A stretch of DNA of 64,000 bases from NCBI GenBank assembly GCA_963733055.1, contig CAVTBR010000003.1:192001-256000 (forward strand). The letters run 5' to 3'. The position numbers and the translations under genes were made by a program. Positions 29,671-39,989 of this stretch are shown one piece after another (position 1 is the stretch's first letter; each line of letters opens with the position of its first letter). Source of the DNA: Candidatus Bathyarchaeota archaeon. GTDB taxonomy: Archaea; Thermoproteota; Bathyarchaeia; 40CM-2-53-6. The notes under the pieces were generated by a model. The model was not told the origin of the DNA and made no database searches. It saw only the letters and a list, made by a program, of their open reading frames with translations.

Positions 29671-29697
29671 GAGTTCTACTATGATCAGTGAGAACAG

Positions 29698-30873
29698 TTG
29701 CCGGCGAACCTTACTGCCGAAGCCAAAGCCAAATGGCAACTAGCTCAGCTCTCGAAGAACCCTAAGGAGAAGCTTCAAGCCTATGCCGAGTTTCTCGCCG
29801 AGATTCCAGCGCACAAAGGGAATGAGCGGCTAAGAGCCCAAGTTAAGACAAAGATCGCCGAACTCAAACAGGAAATCATAACCCGACGCGGCAAGCATGG
29901 GGGCGGAAAATCTCCGTGGTCTGTGGAACGCGAGGGGGCGGCGCAGGTTATGATCCTTGGGCCGACCAACGCTGGAAAGAGTAGCCTCCTCAAATCGCTT
30001 ACCAATGCGCAGCCAACAATCGCCACATACGAATATACAACGCAGCAACCGATGCCTGGGATTCTTCAGTTTGAAGACATTCAGCTACAATTGGTAGAGA
30101 TCCCCGCGCCCCGACTTGCGCGAAATGGGTCATACGAATTTCAACCAGAAGCCATTGACCTAGTTCATCATTGCGACGGCTTGATCATCCTCGTAGACTT
30201 GACGAGCAGTCCACAGCACCAACTCGAGTTAATCATCAAAGCTCTGGAAGAGGCGGACATATCAATTCAGAAACCTCTTTCGCGTGTTGAGGTGATTCAA
30301 ACGAAGGGTGCTGGAGAAATTCGGATTGCGACCACGAGCACCCAAAGTTCACTCTCGCACGAGCAGATTCGTGAATTATTGCACAGCTATGGCGTCGGGA
30401 ACGCACTAGTTAGAATCTATGGAAGTGCGTCTATTGGCGATGTGGAGGACGCTGTGTTAGAGAATGTGACGCTGTACAAGCCGACTTTGTTAGTCGCAAA
30501 CAAAATCGATCTCTACTCAGCACGCGAGATTTCTTCGAAGTTCAGTGGAAACCTTCCAGCATCTCTCCCAACTGCCATTACATCCTGTTTGACAGGGCAG
30601 GGATTGACAGCGATAGGCGGTAAGTTATTCGAATCTTTAGGGCTGATTAGAGTTTACACTAGAGAGCCAAACGAATCGAAGCCATCCGATCATCCCTTCG
30701 TGGTTCACGCTGGGACAACCGTTAGGGAACTTGCCGGCAGCATACACACCAATCTAGCTGAGAGGTATCGCTATTCACGGATCTGGGGTTCCACTAGCAA
30801 GTTCGCGGGCGAACGAGTTGGCCCAGAGCATGTGCTAGGCGATCAAGATATTGTGGAAATTCACACTGCGTAG
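29698..30873 (+). CDS. DRG/OBG-family GTPase with TGS domain
   Basis: MPANL, GPTNAGKS, NKID, IRVYT, TGS tail DIVEIH. Confidence 0.9.
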   Translation: MPANLTAEAKAKWQLAQLSKNPKEKLQAYAEFLAEIPAHKGNERLRAQVKTKIAELKQEIITRRGKHGGGKSPWSVEREGAAQVMILGPTNAGKSSLLKSLTNAQPTIATYEYTTQQPMPGILQFEDIQLQLVEIPAPRLARNGSYEFQPEAIDLVHHCDGLIILVDLTSSPQHQLELIIKALEEADISIQKPLSRVEVIQTKGAGEIRIATTSTQSSLSHEQIRELLHSYGVGNALVRIYGSASIGDVEDAVLENVTLYKPTLLVANKIDLYSAREISSKFSGNLPASLPTAITSCLTGQGLTAIGGKLFESLGLIRVYTREPNESKPSDHPFVVHAGTTVRELAGSIHTNLAERYRYSRIWGSTSKFAGERVGPEHVLGDQDIVEIHTA

Positions 30874-31306
30874 GGCTGAGCCCGAGCAAGATTGCTCGGT
30901 TAGCTTAGATTCGTGCGCGGCGTCGTCTTCTGAAGTTTTTTATCCTCCAGAAGCCGCTTGAATCACGATAATATTCCATGACTTCCAATATTTCTCACCA
31001 GAAACAGAATTCTAATCCCCTTCGCCACTTAGGGGTTTCACCGTACGGGTAGGAATGGTTTCAGCCATTCACGCCGATAATTCGGGGGCGGAATTGCAAC
31101 TTCCAGGCAAACCTGGTCGATCAAGAGCCCGTAGCTTGATGCGTGGATCTAAACAATTGCAGGAAGTCGAAGCTGACTCGAAAAATTCGTTGAAGGGTTT
31201 CAGTGAATTCTAGGTGCGTTACAGCTGTAAGAAAGGCTAGTACAATGCCGAAAGCGCAATTCTGGGCGTGATCTAGAAAGTTGTTGAAAACTGTCGAGAA
31301 ATTTCG

Positions 31307-33754
31307 TTAAGAATTGCGCCGGGCAATCGCGAGTATGCCGCCTAGGATTCCCAAGATCATACCTGCGATGAATCCTCCGCCAACTATGAGGCTGAAGATC
31401 GCGAAGGGAAATATTACCACGTCAGCTAGAGCACCATTACCTAGTGCCATGATTATCGCGCCCAGAACCAACGTAAGTCCGATTATGGCTCCGAGCATGA
31501 AAGCGTATGACGGTCCTATCGCCGGGAGCCAGAAGAATACTGAAGACCACAACGCCCAGAAGCTGGGTGAAAGCAAAGCGGCGCTGTTCAGCAACGCCAA
31601 GATTCCTGATAGTAACGACAGGACAACGGCGATGATATTTCTTCCGCCGAGCTTACCTGCGGAAACAAGTCGAGGCGCAGGAGGTGGGAGAACGACCTGT
31701 GGTCTTCCGCAGAAGGGACAATAGACTGTATTCAGCGGCATTACTCTGCCGCAGTATCTGCAACGAACCGTGGGCATGGGTAGAATGTATCGCACTCGCG
31801 GCCTTGGCGGCGGAGCAACCGGAATTGCGACTGGAACGGCTGCAGCCACTACGCGCCGCTTCTTTCCTGAAAGCGCAAAGGCAAGTAGAGCCAGACCAAG
31901 CGCGAGGAGAAGCATGCCGATGACTAGCCAGAAGATCAATGGGTTGAACGGATAGGTGACGACAACCGGTCCAGGAATGCTCAGCGTAGCGCTGACCGTG
32001 TGCACCGTCACACCGCTTGTCCCAGCGATCACTATCGTGTAGTTGCCGGGCGTTGCAGTTGGCGCCGGGCATACTTTGAGAAGGGACTGAACAGTGCCGC
32101 CGGCTGGAGGCGTTATAGGATTCGAGGTGAATTGAGCGGATACATGCGCAGGGAGGCCGGTTATCGTGAGATTAACCGACGAACTGAACGTACCAATGGA
32201 ATTCGCAGTGATGGTGAAGTTGCCGCATTGGCCTTGGTTGACGAAGAGCTGGCTGGGCGATATTGCGAGGCCGAAGTCGCTGGGTGGCGTTGTGACAACG
32301 AGTTTCACAACAACGCTGTGGACGATCAAAGGCTGGCTTGTGCTGCCTGTTATGGTTAAGTTGTAACTGCCAAGAGGAGTACTCGAAGTTGTGAGGACGC
32401 TAAGCGTCTCCGTCACTGATTGACCTTGGCCCAGTGAAACTGATCCCGAGGGAGCAAAGACTGCTTGCGCACCAGGAGGCAGACCAGTGACCTGAAGGTT
32501 GACGGTTCCCGAGAAACTGCTGATCGAACCAACCGTAACTTGGTATGTGGCGCTTTGAGTTTTTGATACAGTTATCGAGGGCGGTGAGGCTGTAAGCGAA
32601 AAGTCGGCTGAAAGCCCTTCCACGAATTTGTTTCCATATATCTGGTAGACAGCGTAGTACCCGTTGTAGTCCGCGTAGGTCGGGTACAGTTGTTCATAGG
32701 GTTGAAGCGCGAGCCCTTCAACTATACCGTTTCCGTACGGAAAGTAGAAAGCGAGAATTGCGTATGGAACCTTCGGTATTCCGTAATTAGTACTGTCCAT
32801 TAGGATTCGTACGTCGCTAGTATGGCCGGGCTGAACGCCATTGGGGACCCAATTTCCAACGCCCTCCTCAGTGAATATGGTGACCGCGTTCGGAGTTGGG
32901 CCCGGGTTATAGTATTGACTTGGAAACTCAGAGTCGAAACCGGAGTCACCCTTGGAGGGGTTGTTCATTGTGCTCTTCCATGAACCGGTCTCGCCAGGAT
33001 TTCCTAATTTAACGTATCCTGGAAAAGTAGAATTCAAGTCGAATATCGCTGCATCGGTATACATGACCTCATTTCCGGCTGAAACTCGGGATTGAATCGT
33101 GTTGTAAACGGCAGTGATCTGCGACCTGTGCAGCGGCGTATATGCTGATGGATTCCCATACCAGCCGGGGCTATCTAGTACGATTAGCGTGTAGTTATTG
33201 ATCATTGAAGGATTTACCATTACGGCAGCGGTCGAAACCTGTGTGTAACTGATACCCATCCTCCCAAGCGTGAGGTAGGTCTTGCCCCAATACCCGTCGC
33301 TGATTACTAGAATCCTCGTGGGTTGCCTCACGAAGAAAATGCGATTCGACGTGAATGTTGTCGAGAGGCGGGTGGTTGTTACCTTTGAGAAAGTCGAATT
33401 AGCCAACATCTTGTTTACAGCAGAAGTGAAGCTGGAATCGATAAGGAAGGGGCCTCCTTGGTAGAGCACTCCCGCGGGAGTCAAATCTGTTTGAAGAACA
33501 ACGTTAGGCGGTTCGATAACACGAGCGACTGCGCTTCCTGGGTTGTTTCTCAAGAATTCGTGAATGAACCCGTAAACATGAATCCTGTCAACCTGCTTGT
33601 CATCCATCGGAACTACGATTGTGCCCGGAGAAAATGTGCCCGCGGCGAGGGGAGGAAGTGCAAATGCGATTTGCGTCGCGGGCATACTAAGAGCTAGCAA
33701 AAGGACGAGGCATACGAATAATTGTCGAGATCGTTTCATCGAATACTGCCTCAA
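31307..33754 (-). CDS. Large surface protein: signal peptide, globular domain, two Ig-like repeats, TM, zinc ribbon, multi-TM tail
   Basis: Repeated DF.L..SP....V......FS..VNL...GLP unit; CRYCG/CPFCG. Confidence 0.75.
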   Translation of the reverse strand: MRQYSMKRSRQLFVCLVLLLALSMPATQIAFALPPLAAGTFSPGTIVVPMDDKQVDRIHVYGFIHEFLRNNPGSAVARVIEPPNVVLQTDLTPAGVLYQGGPFLIDSSFTSAVNKMLANSTFSKVTTTRLSTTFTSNRIFFVRQPTRILVISDGYWGKTYLTLGRMGISYTQVSTAAVMVNPSMINNYTLIVLDSPGWYGNPSAYTPLHRSQITAVYNTIQSRVSAGNEVMYTDAAIFDLNSTFPGYVKLGNPGETGSWKSTMNNPSKGDSGFDSEFPSQYYNPGPTPNAVTIFTEEGVGNWVPNGVQPGHTSDVRILMDSTNYGIPKVPYAILAFYFPYGNGIVEGLALQPYEQLYPTYADYNGYYAVYQIYGNKFVEGLSADFSLTASPPSITVSKTQSATYQVTVGSISSFSGTVNLQVTGLPPGAQAVFAPSGSVSLGQGQSVTETLSVLTTSSTPLGSYNLTITGSTSQPLIVHSVVVKLVVTTPPSDFGLAISPSQLFVNQGQCGNFTITANSIGTFSSSVNLTITGLPAHVSAQFTSNPITPPAGGTVQSLLKVCPAPTATPGNYTIVIAGTSGVTVHTVSATLSIPGPVVVTYPFNPLIFWLVIGMLLLALGLALLAFALSGKKRRVVAAAVPVAIPVAPPPRPRVRYILPMPTVRCRYCGRVMPLNTVYCPFCGRPQVVLPPPAPRLVSAGKLGGRNIIAVVLSLLSGILALLNSAALLSPSFWALWSSVFFWLPAIGPSYAFMLGAIIGLTLVLGAIIMALGNGALADVVIFPFAIFSLIVGGGFIAGMILGILGGILAIARRNS

Positions 33755-34008
33755 TTCAGTTTCATATTCAACCGATTTTCAGCTTTCCGAAATGCTCCTA
33801 AGTTAACCGGTCCGTTGGTTACTTAAGACTTAACACAATTCTCCAAACGCGGACTATTTAACAACTCAATGGCGTAAACACGAACATGGCAGAACAGTAC
33901 AACTTGTTTGTCGCAATTTCAGCCCTAAAATAGGCCGCCATTTGCACGAAATTGCATCGTGCGATTACGGGGCACCTTCCATGGCCTCCGGGGGGCCAAA
34001 CCTCACCA

Positions 34009-34919
34009 TTACCCTCCATTAACAGCCTTCAGGTAGCGAATGAACCCCTGAACGCTGACCCTGATCGACACTGAGAGATAGTCCGGCATCTCACTAGGGG
34101 ATTGGCCCACGCGACCAGCGGTTTCGTTAGTGAGAATCCTGACAATCTCTTCCTGCACCGTTCCATGCTCGAGCATATTGCAAATTTTGGCGTTCCAGTC
34201 GTTCAATGCTTGAATGTTATCGTCAATCAAATTCGTCGCCTCATCCATCACGCCATAATGGGGAGTCAAGAGTTTTGTTGGCCGGACCTCTTTGATCCGT
34301 TCCAGTGAACCAACCGCTAAGGGGAGGCTGAAGCTTGTGGGAGGAGTTGTCGGAACCAGCACTGGGAAAGTTGGATAGATTATGCCGACCGCGTCCCCGT
34401 CGCAACAATGCCGGTTCCTTCCAAGTCATAGCTTAGGTGGTGGGAAGCGTGCCCCGGCGTCCAGAGCGCTCGTAACGTCAAACCGCGTCCGAGCGAAATC
34501 TCTTCACTATCGCTAACCTCCCTCATACGAGTCCTCTCGACTGGTTGAGGCTTTCCGAATTTTTCCATTAGTTGTCCTCCAAATAACTCCCCCGCGCCCA
34601 CCCACAATCTAGTTGGGTCGGCTAGGTGGGGCAGACCTTTTGGATGGACTCGGATTGAGGCGTTGAGGTATTTTTCCGCAAGGGTACCGCATGCTCCGGA
34701 ATGGTCTAAGTGCACGTGAGTGGGTAGAAGATAATCGATACCGTCCGTTCCAATTCCATTCTCATCCAAGTCATTGGCAATTGCCTGAGCTGAGGAACCG
34801 TAGCCCATGTCGATCAGTGCCCTTTCCTTTCCTGTTACAAGATAGGCTGCGACGGTTCCAGGATTCCCTAGAGCCATGGTGTCGATGATTGAAACGCGGT
34901 CATCGATTTTTCGTAGCAA
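34009..34919 (-). CDS. MBL-fold metallo-hydrolase, 1-nt deletion in a G run near 34397
   Basis: THVHLDHSG, TPGHASHH, TG|DAVG, PHYG. Confidence 0.88.
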
Positions 34920-34996
34920 CTCTGGCCCACGTCCTTGGATAACGAGACAAGTATATTCGTGTGTCCCACGTTGAAGTCGGGTAGGTTTGATTAAGG

Positions 34997-35341
34997 ATGA
35001 GCCGACCGGAGCTGCCAGACGATCTCGAAGTCTACGTCGACACTTTAGACGAGCAGGGTAGGGTGACATACATTTCTGGATATTTCGACTACAAAGGAAA
35101 TCGTTTGAAGTTTGGCGCGATCGGCATGGAAGGCTATGGAGGCCCAAACATCAATGCGACGCTCTCGGAAGAGACATTGGCAGAGCTGAGAAAAATGAAC
35201 CTGAATGATGAGGGCATTGATGAATTGATTACTACCCTACAAAGAAAGATCATGGAAGGGCAAGCGCACATCCAGCTACGCGAGGAACCACCCGAAACCC
35301 CGAAACCCACAGAGGAAAAGAAAGACAGCCAATCTACTTAA
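34997..35341 (+). CDS. Hypothetical acidic protein
   Basis: Clean ORF between opposite-strand genes. Confidence 0.6.
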   Translation: MSRPELPDDLEVYVDTLDEQGRVTYISGYFDYKGNRLKFGAIGMEGYGGPNINATLSEETLAELRKMNLNDEGIDELITTLQRKIMEGQAHIQLREEPPETPKPTEEKKDSQST

Positions 35342-35356
35342 CACAAGTTTACGGTA

Positions 35357-35692
35357 TCAATCACTTGCATCATGCTGTGGTAAACTGCACTCCGGGCAAA
35401 TCTCTGCTTCCTTAGGAATCTGCTTCATGCAGTACCAACAGAACTTCTTACCCGGCTCAGGCTCCAGTGGTTTTGGTTCCGCGCGTAGCATGCCAACAAC
35501 AACCATGATTCCACCCGTCACTGAAATAGGGAGACCGAAAAGCGACACTCCCAGCGGGACGTACAGGTCAGTGAAAACCAAGAATACCCCGAATACTGCG
35601 AGGATGGCTCCTGAAACAACCAACCCCCTGTACAAGGCGATCGGACCGGATTGATTATACCGAAGAATATGGGTTTTCGCCCCGAGGCGCAT
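35357..35692 (-). CDS. Two-TM protein with C-terminal zinc ribbon
   Basis: CWYC...CPEC. Confidence 0.7.
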   Translation of the reverse strand: MRLGAKTHILRYNQSGPIALYRGLVVSGAILAVFGVFLVFTDLYVPLGVSLFGLPISVTGGIMVVVGMLRAEPKPLEPEPGKKFCWYCMKQIPKEAEICPECSLPQHDASD

Positions 35693-35700
35693 GATGAAGC

Positions 35701-36570
35701 TTGATCACTCGAGTCGAAAAATGTTCTTCCGATGTCCTACGGTCTGTTGCGAATTTTGTCTTACAAGATCCCGAGTTCACGAAGCAAGAATTCCCCAATA
35801 CAACTAATGCCAAAGAAGTGGGCACGGCCCTTGCATCGTTGGGAAATTCCTGGCAGGTCCTCACGTCAGACCAACCAATCGCGTTATTCAAAGGAGAGCT
35901 ATCGACACCCACCGCATCCTTATCCCGACTATGTTATGATCACAGCGCATCGTTTGACACCCTTATCGCGAAGCTACGAGAAGATCTGCGACGGATCGGC
36001 ATAACAAACGTCCAAGCGAGCGTCTTGCCCGACGAGGTCGATACATTTCTGGCTAACGGTTTCGAAAAGCGTTCAGTCCTAGACAGACTATCACGTTCCC
36101 CGATAGAGACGAAGATGATGCCAATCCTTCCCCTCATGAATCCAACCCGGAAGGAGATTCCGACTTTATCGAATTTGATGTACGAGGCATATGTGAAGAG
36201 CAAGGGTACTTACTCCGATGCTGAAGTAACGCAGAGCGTGATTCGGAATATAATCTCAAGCGTGGACTACCTGCCAAATGCTTCTTTCGCGAGTGGCGCT
36301 TTCCCAAACCTCGTGAGCGCGTGTCTGGTTACCAGAGCATCATCCTCCGAAGCTACTGTTTCGCAAGTGTTTACGCATCCACTTTACAGGGCGCGTGGGC
36401 TTGCAACCACTGAGATAGCATCTGCAATGAATTTCCTGGTGAGGGAAGGAAAAGGAGTGACGACGTTAGCGGTGTGGAGTCCAGAGACTAATGAGGTTAT
36501 GAAACGCCTTCTCGGCAAAATGGGTTTTATTCAGGACAGAAGTTTAGTGGACATGACTTTGAGGATTTAA
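35701..36570 (+). CDS. Tandem GNAT acetyltransferase
   Basis: VFTHPLYRARGLA, N...KRL..KMGF. Confidence 0.75.
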   Translation: MITRVEKCSSDVLRSVANFVLQDPEFTKQEFPNTTNAKEVGTALASLGNSWQVLTSDQPIALFKGELSTPTASLSRLCYDHSASFDTLIAKLREDLRRIGITNVQASVLPDEVDTFLANGFEKRSVLDRLSRSPIETKMMPILPLMNPTRKEIPTLSNLMYEAYVKSKGTYSDAEVTQSVIRNIISSVDYLPNASFASGAFPNLVSACLVTRASSSEATVSQVFTHPLYRARGLATTEIASAMNFLVREGKGVTTLAVWSPETNEVMKRLLGKMGFIQDRSLVDMTLRI

Positions 36571-36595
36571 CTCCGCGTGGAGTACAAGGCACGGT

Positions 36596-37153
36596 TCAAG
36601 CTTTGAACCATCGGAATACCAAGTAATCGACCTTGCTGCGTCGGTTTGGCACGGCTATGGTGAACTGTTTGCGGACGGTTGTTGCGAGGCGTCCCGCAAG
36701 AACTACCTCGAATGGGCCCATAGTTTCCTGTTCCTTCTTCACGGTCACTATAAACGGCGCATGGTCGATCCCTGGGCCATGCTCATAGATTGCGAAATCT
36801 GAACCGAACCTGATTCCTGGCGTCACGATGAGTCCCTTCTCGCGAAGGTTCTCGTAAGCGCTGTAACCTAAGTTGAACTGTTTGTAAGTGTGATTAGCGA
36901 GTTTGAGTAGTTTCGCCCTAGGAACTGACTTGCCCGTCTCTGCATCGGTTACTCGAATGATCTTACGGTCGAGGAGATACAAGCCCTCCATTAGATCGAG
37001 AATGAGAGGGGCTTTGAATTCCTGTTCAGGTTTCGGTTTTGGGATTCCTACGGGTTTCCCGAAGAAACCCATGCGGTAGAGATGTACCGCTTCTGTAAAG
37101 TTCCATACGACGAGCCTAGTGCCGATTAGTTCGGCTGAAGTCACGTCTGCCAT
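36596..37153 (-). CDS. endA: tRNA splicing endonuclease catalytic alpha subunit with crenarchaeal-specific loop
   Basis: FGSDF.IYEHGPGIDHA (Tyr/His), RLA..VRK (Lys), GKPVGIPKPK loop. Confidence 0.92.
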   Translation of the reverse strand: MADVTSAELIGTRLVVWNFTEAVHLYRMGFFGKPVGIPKPKPEQEFKAPLILDLMEGLYLLDRKIIRVTDAETGKSVPRAKLLKLANHTYKQFNLGYSAYENLREKGLIVTPGIRFGSDFAIYEHGPGIDHAPFIVTVKKEQETMGPFEVVLAGRLATTVRKQFTIAVPNRRSKVDYLVFRWFKA

Positions 37154-37165
37154 TCGTGAGTCTAC

Positions 37166-37825
37166 CTAGGCGGTTAGCGCGAGTACTCGGATATGGTCGA
37201 CAACGTCTACACCGATATCAGCAATCCTTTCTGCTCTATCGACTAAGTCCCGGAAGAATAACACGGATGCGATAGGCATCTTGCTAGCCATGAGTTCCAT
37301 ATCTAGGTTACGAGACTCAGCGTCGATTTCACGCTCCAAATCCTCGACGGATTTCGCAATATCAACGGCCTTGTCTGCATCAAACGAGAGTGAGTGAAGG
37401 GTTTCTCTGACCTTTGATATCTCCTTCAAAACTGATCCCATAAGATGCGAAACCTGTTCCAGCCTCTTCGTTTCCAATTTCCATTTCAAATCAACAACGC
37501 CCATCAGCCTGAAGCCCATCGCCTCGCAATATTCAGCGACCTCACCAAGCCGGAAGAGGAGGCGGAGAAAATCCTCTCTACTGATGAGTAGGCTTCCGAC
37601 TGAGGCTACCTCAGTCAGGAAGGTTGCTTTGTTCTTCTCGTTCTCTTCGAGAGCCTTTAACATCGCTTGGTAGTTTTCTTTAGCGAGCTTCGCCTTCTTC
37701 TCACTAATGTTGTCCATGAGAACTACAAGCTGCCTCGTTATCTCGACGACATTTCTGGCGTGGACCTGACAGAGATCCAGCATCCTACGACGAATGTTAG
37801 CTTCTGTCTCGATCGGGAATGCCAC
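37166..37825 (-). CDS. DUF47/PhoU-like helical protein
   Basis: REDFLRL, LERE.D, E.IAD. Confidence 0.8.
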   Translation of the reverse strand: MAFPIETEANIRRRMLDLCQVHARNVVEITRQLVVLMDNISEKKAKLAKENYQAMLKALEENEKNKATFLTEVASVGSLLISREDFLRLLFRLGEVAEYCEAMGFRLMGVVDLKWKLETKRLEQVSHLMGSVLKEISKVRETLHSLSFDADKAVDIAKSVEDLEREIDAESRNLDMELMASKMPIASVLFFRDLVDRAERIADIGVDVVDHIRVLALTA

Positions 37826-37902
37826 CTAGATACACCGCAATTTCTTTCCGACACGAATAGTGTGCATCAGAACTTAAACCATACCCAGCTGACAGGTTTT
37901 CC

Positions 37903-39666
37903 CTACTCATAATTGCTCTCAACCGGCATTCCGAGCGCCTCAAATTCTGTCTCACCCTGGAAGAACCGCAACACAGCCTCCGGCAGTTTCTCCCAGTCTC
38001 CTCGAACTTGCGCCCACGTATCGCGATCTCGGATCGTTACGGTCTTGTCGTCCTTCGACTTGTAATCGACGGTAATCGACAAAGGAACGCCGACTTCGTC
38101 GGCTCGAGCGTAGCGTCTGCCAATGGTTCCCGATTCGTCGTATTCTACTTCAAATCCATTCTTAGATAGCAGCCTCTGAATTTCAGATGCTAGTTCGGGA
38201 AGCCCATCTTTTGCCATTAGGGGAAAAACCATGATTTGAATTGGGACTAGGTTTTTGGGGAGTTTTAGCACGACTCGATCTTTAGACCGTGTATACGCGT
38301 GTTCTAACGTTGAATACACTAATCTCTCGGCGCCGAAGCTGGGTTCCACCACATATGGGACGACCCGGCGGCCCGCCTCCCGTTCGGTTCGCTCCTCGAC
38401 ACGCACGTGTGTCGGGAGAATCTTGAAGCCCTGCACTACGAAGAAGCCGAATTTCTCGAATGCCTTCGAAACCTCGTCCGGATTGCTCGACTTTAGCGCA
38501 TCAATCACCGCCTTGCTCTTTTCCCTCAACAGTGGGCCTAGAACGGAATCGATCGGTACAATGCTCTTGACGCTTTTTGAGATGGGTTTGTCATATGGTT
38601 TGAAGATTGAGAGGTCGGCGCCTGAGGATTTCATGTGGGCGGTTAAATCGAAGTCCGTGCGGTAGGCATGGCCAGCGATTTCTACCCAGCCCCACCTGTC
38701 GAGTCGAATCTGATGGTCGAAAGTCTGGCTGGAGTAGTGCGACCTCTCTGCTACCATTTTCTCCTCGAACCTTTGCTCCTCCGCAGCTATGCCGAGGCTC
38801 TTCACGAACTCCACTGAAAGAGCCATGAAGTAAGCCATCCATTCAGTAAGTACCATGCCCTTACTCACCGACTCCTGTGGAGTGACATGCGTGATCTGTG
38901 AGCCTTTTTGTTCGCGCTCTTTCGCTAGAAGAATTGGCAACAGTGTTCCTTTGACCTGATCCAAATACGGGCATTTGACCTCGTTCGGATCGAAGAACAA
39001 TTCCATTTCCATTATCGTAAATTCTCTCAACCGAATTGGGCCTTGTCTGGGGGAGATCTCGTTTCTCATGACTGTACCGACCTGCGCGATGCCCAGCGGA
39101 AGTCTTTCACGGCTCGCTTCATAGACACGTTTGAAATCTACGAATATTCCTTGAGCCGCTTCGGGACGGCCGTATCCCGTTACGTCGCCGTATGGGCCGA
39201 TGTTCGTCTTGAACATGGTTGAATAGAATTCCGCCTTGCTCAAGACGCCGCCGCATTCCGGGCAACGGATGATATTTTCAGTGATGAAAGCGTCAATTTC
39301 GGGGGCAGCCATGGCTTCGGTAGCGATGTCGGTTCTGGCGGGCATCGCTTCTGTTATCACGTAGTCGGCTCTGAAGTGTCTCTTGCATTGAAGGCAGTTT
39401 ACCATTAGATCTTTGAAGTGTTCAACGTGCCCCGACGCCTTGAAGACTTTCTCAGGGGTAATGACTGGGGTTGATACAGCTGCGTATCCATGTCGGTTAA
39501 CGAAAAATTGGAGCCATGTGTCCTCTATGCGTCGTCTTAATTTCCAGCCTAAGGGGCCAAGGTCAAGATAACCGCTTATTCCTCCGTAGATTTCAAAGGA
39601 TGGCCAAAAGAACCCTCGACGCTTTGCCAGGTCCGAGAGCAATTCGTATTTGTCTATTCCTGCCAA
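37903..39666 (-). CDS. glyS: Glycyl-tRNA synthetase (alpha2 type)
   Basis: RRGFFW, RPEAAQG, RNEISPR, RLREF, VEPSFG, IGRRYARADE. Confidence 0.97.
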   Translation of the reverse strand: MAGIDKYELLSDLAKRRGFFWPSFEIYGGISGYLDLGPLGWKLRRRIEDTWLQFFVNRHGYAAVSTPVITPEKVFKASGHVEHFKDLMVNCLQCKRHFRADYVITEAMPARTDIATEAMAAPEIDAFITENIIRCPECGGVLSKAEFYSTMFKTNIGPYGDVTGYGRPEAAQGIFVDFKRVYEASRERLPLGIAQVGTVMRNEISPRQGPIRLREFTIMEMELFFDPNEVKCPYLDQVKGTLLPILLAKEREQKGSQITHVTPQESVSKGMVLTEWMAYFMALSVEFVKSLGIAAEEQRFEEKMVAERSHYSSQTFDHQIRLDRWGWVEIAGHAYRTDFDLTAHMKSSGADLSIFKPYDKPISKSVKSIVPIDSVLGPLLREKSKAVIDALKSSNPDEVSKAFEKFGFFVVQGFKILPTHVRVEERTEREAGRRVVPYVVEPSFGAERLVYSTLEHAYTRSKDRVVLKLPKNLVPIQIMVFPLMAKDGLPELASEIQRLLSKNGFEVEYDESGTIGRRYARADEVGVPLSITVDYKSKDDKTVTIRDRDTWAQVRGDWEKLPEAVLRFFQGETEFEALGMPVESNYE

Positions 39667-39788
39667 GGCAAAACAACCATTCGACTAGAGTTATGATACG
39701 GCCTCTTTTGCGTCTCGCAGCAAATCTACTCTGACTCCTTTAAAGAAGCACTTGGTTCTCTTTGGCAGTGAGTTGCCTTACGGAGACG

Positions 39789-39983
39789 TCAGAATAGCTC
39801 AGTGTCGTAATCGGTAGGTAGGACGTCTACGTACGATTTGCAAGTTTCGCAGAAGGGCCAGACCTCGCCCGCTGAAGCAATCGAGTTGATGAATACGTCG
39901 ATCTTGCTGCCGCACACTGCACATTTTACGATCATTGACGCTAATTTGTTATCCTTCTTCAGGAAGGCTGAATCGACACCCAT
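39789..39983 (-). CDS. Small zinc-ribbon protein
   Basis: CAVCG...CETC. Confidence 0.55.
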   Translation of the reverse strand: MGVDSAFLKKDNKLASMIVKCAVCGSKIDVFINSIASAGEVWPFCETCKSYVDVLPTDYDTELF

Positions 39984-39989
39984 CGTGCG

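Noticed and set aside
30880-31300. Possible replication origin in the long intergenic gap
   Set aside because: No convincing repeated ORB elements and no cdc6/orc1 nearby.
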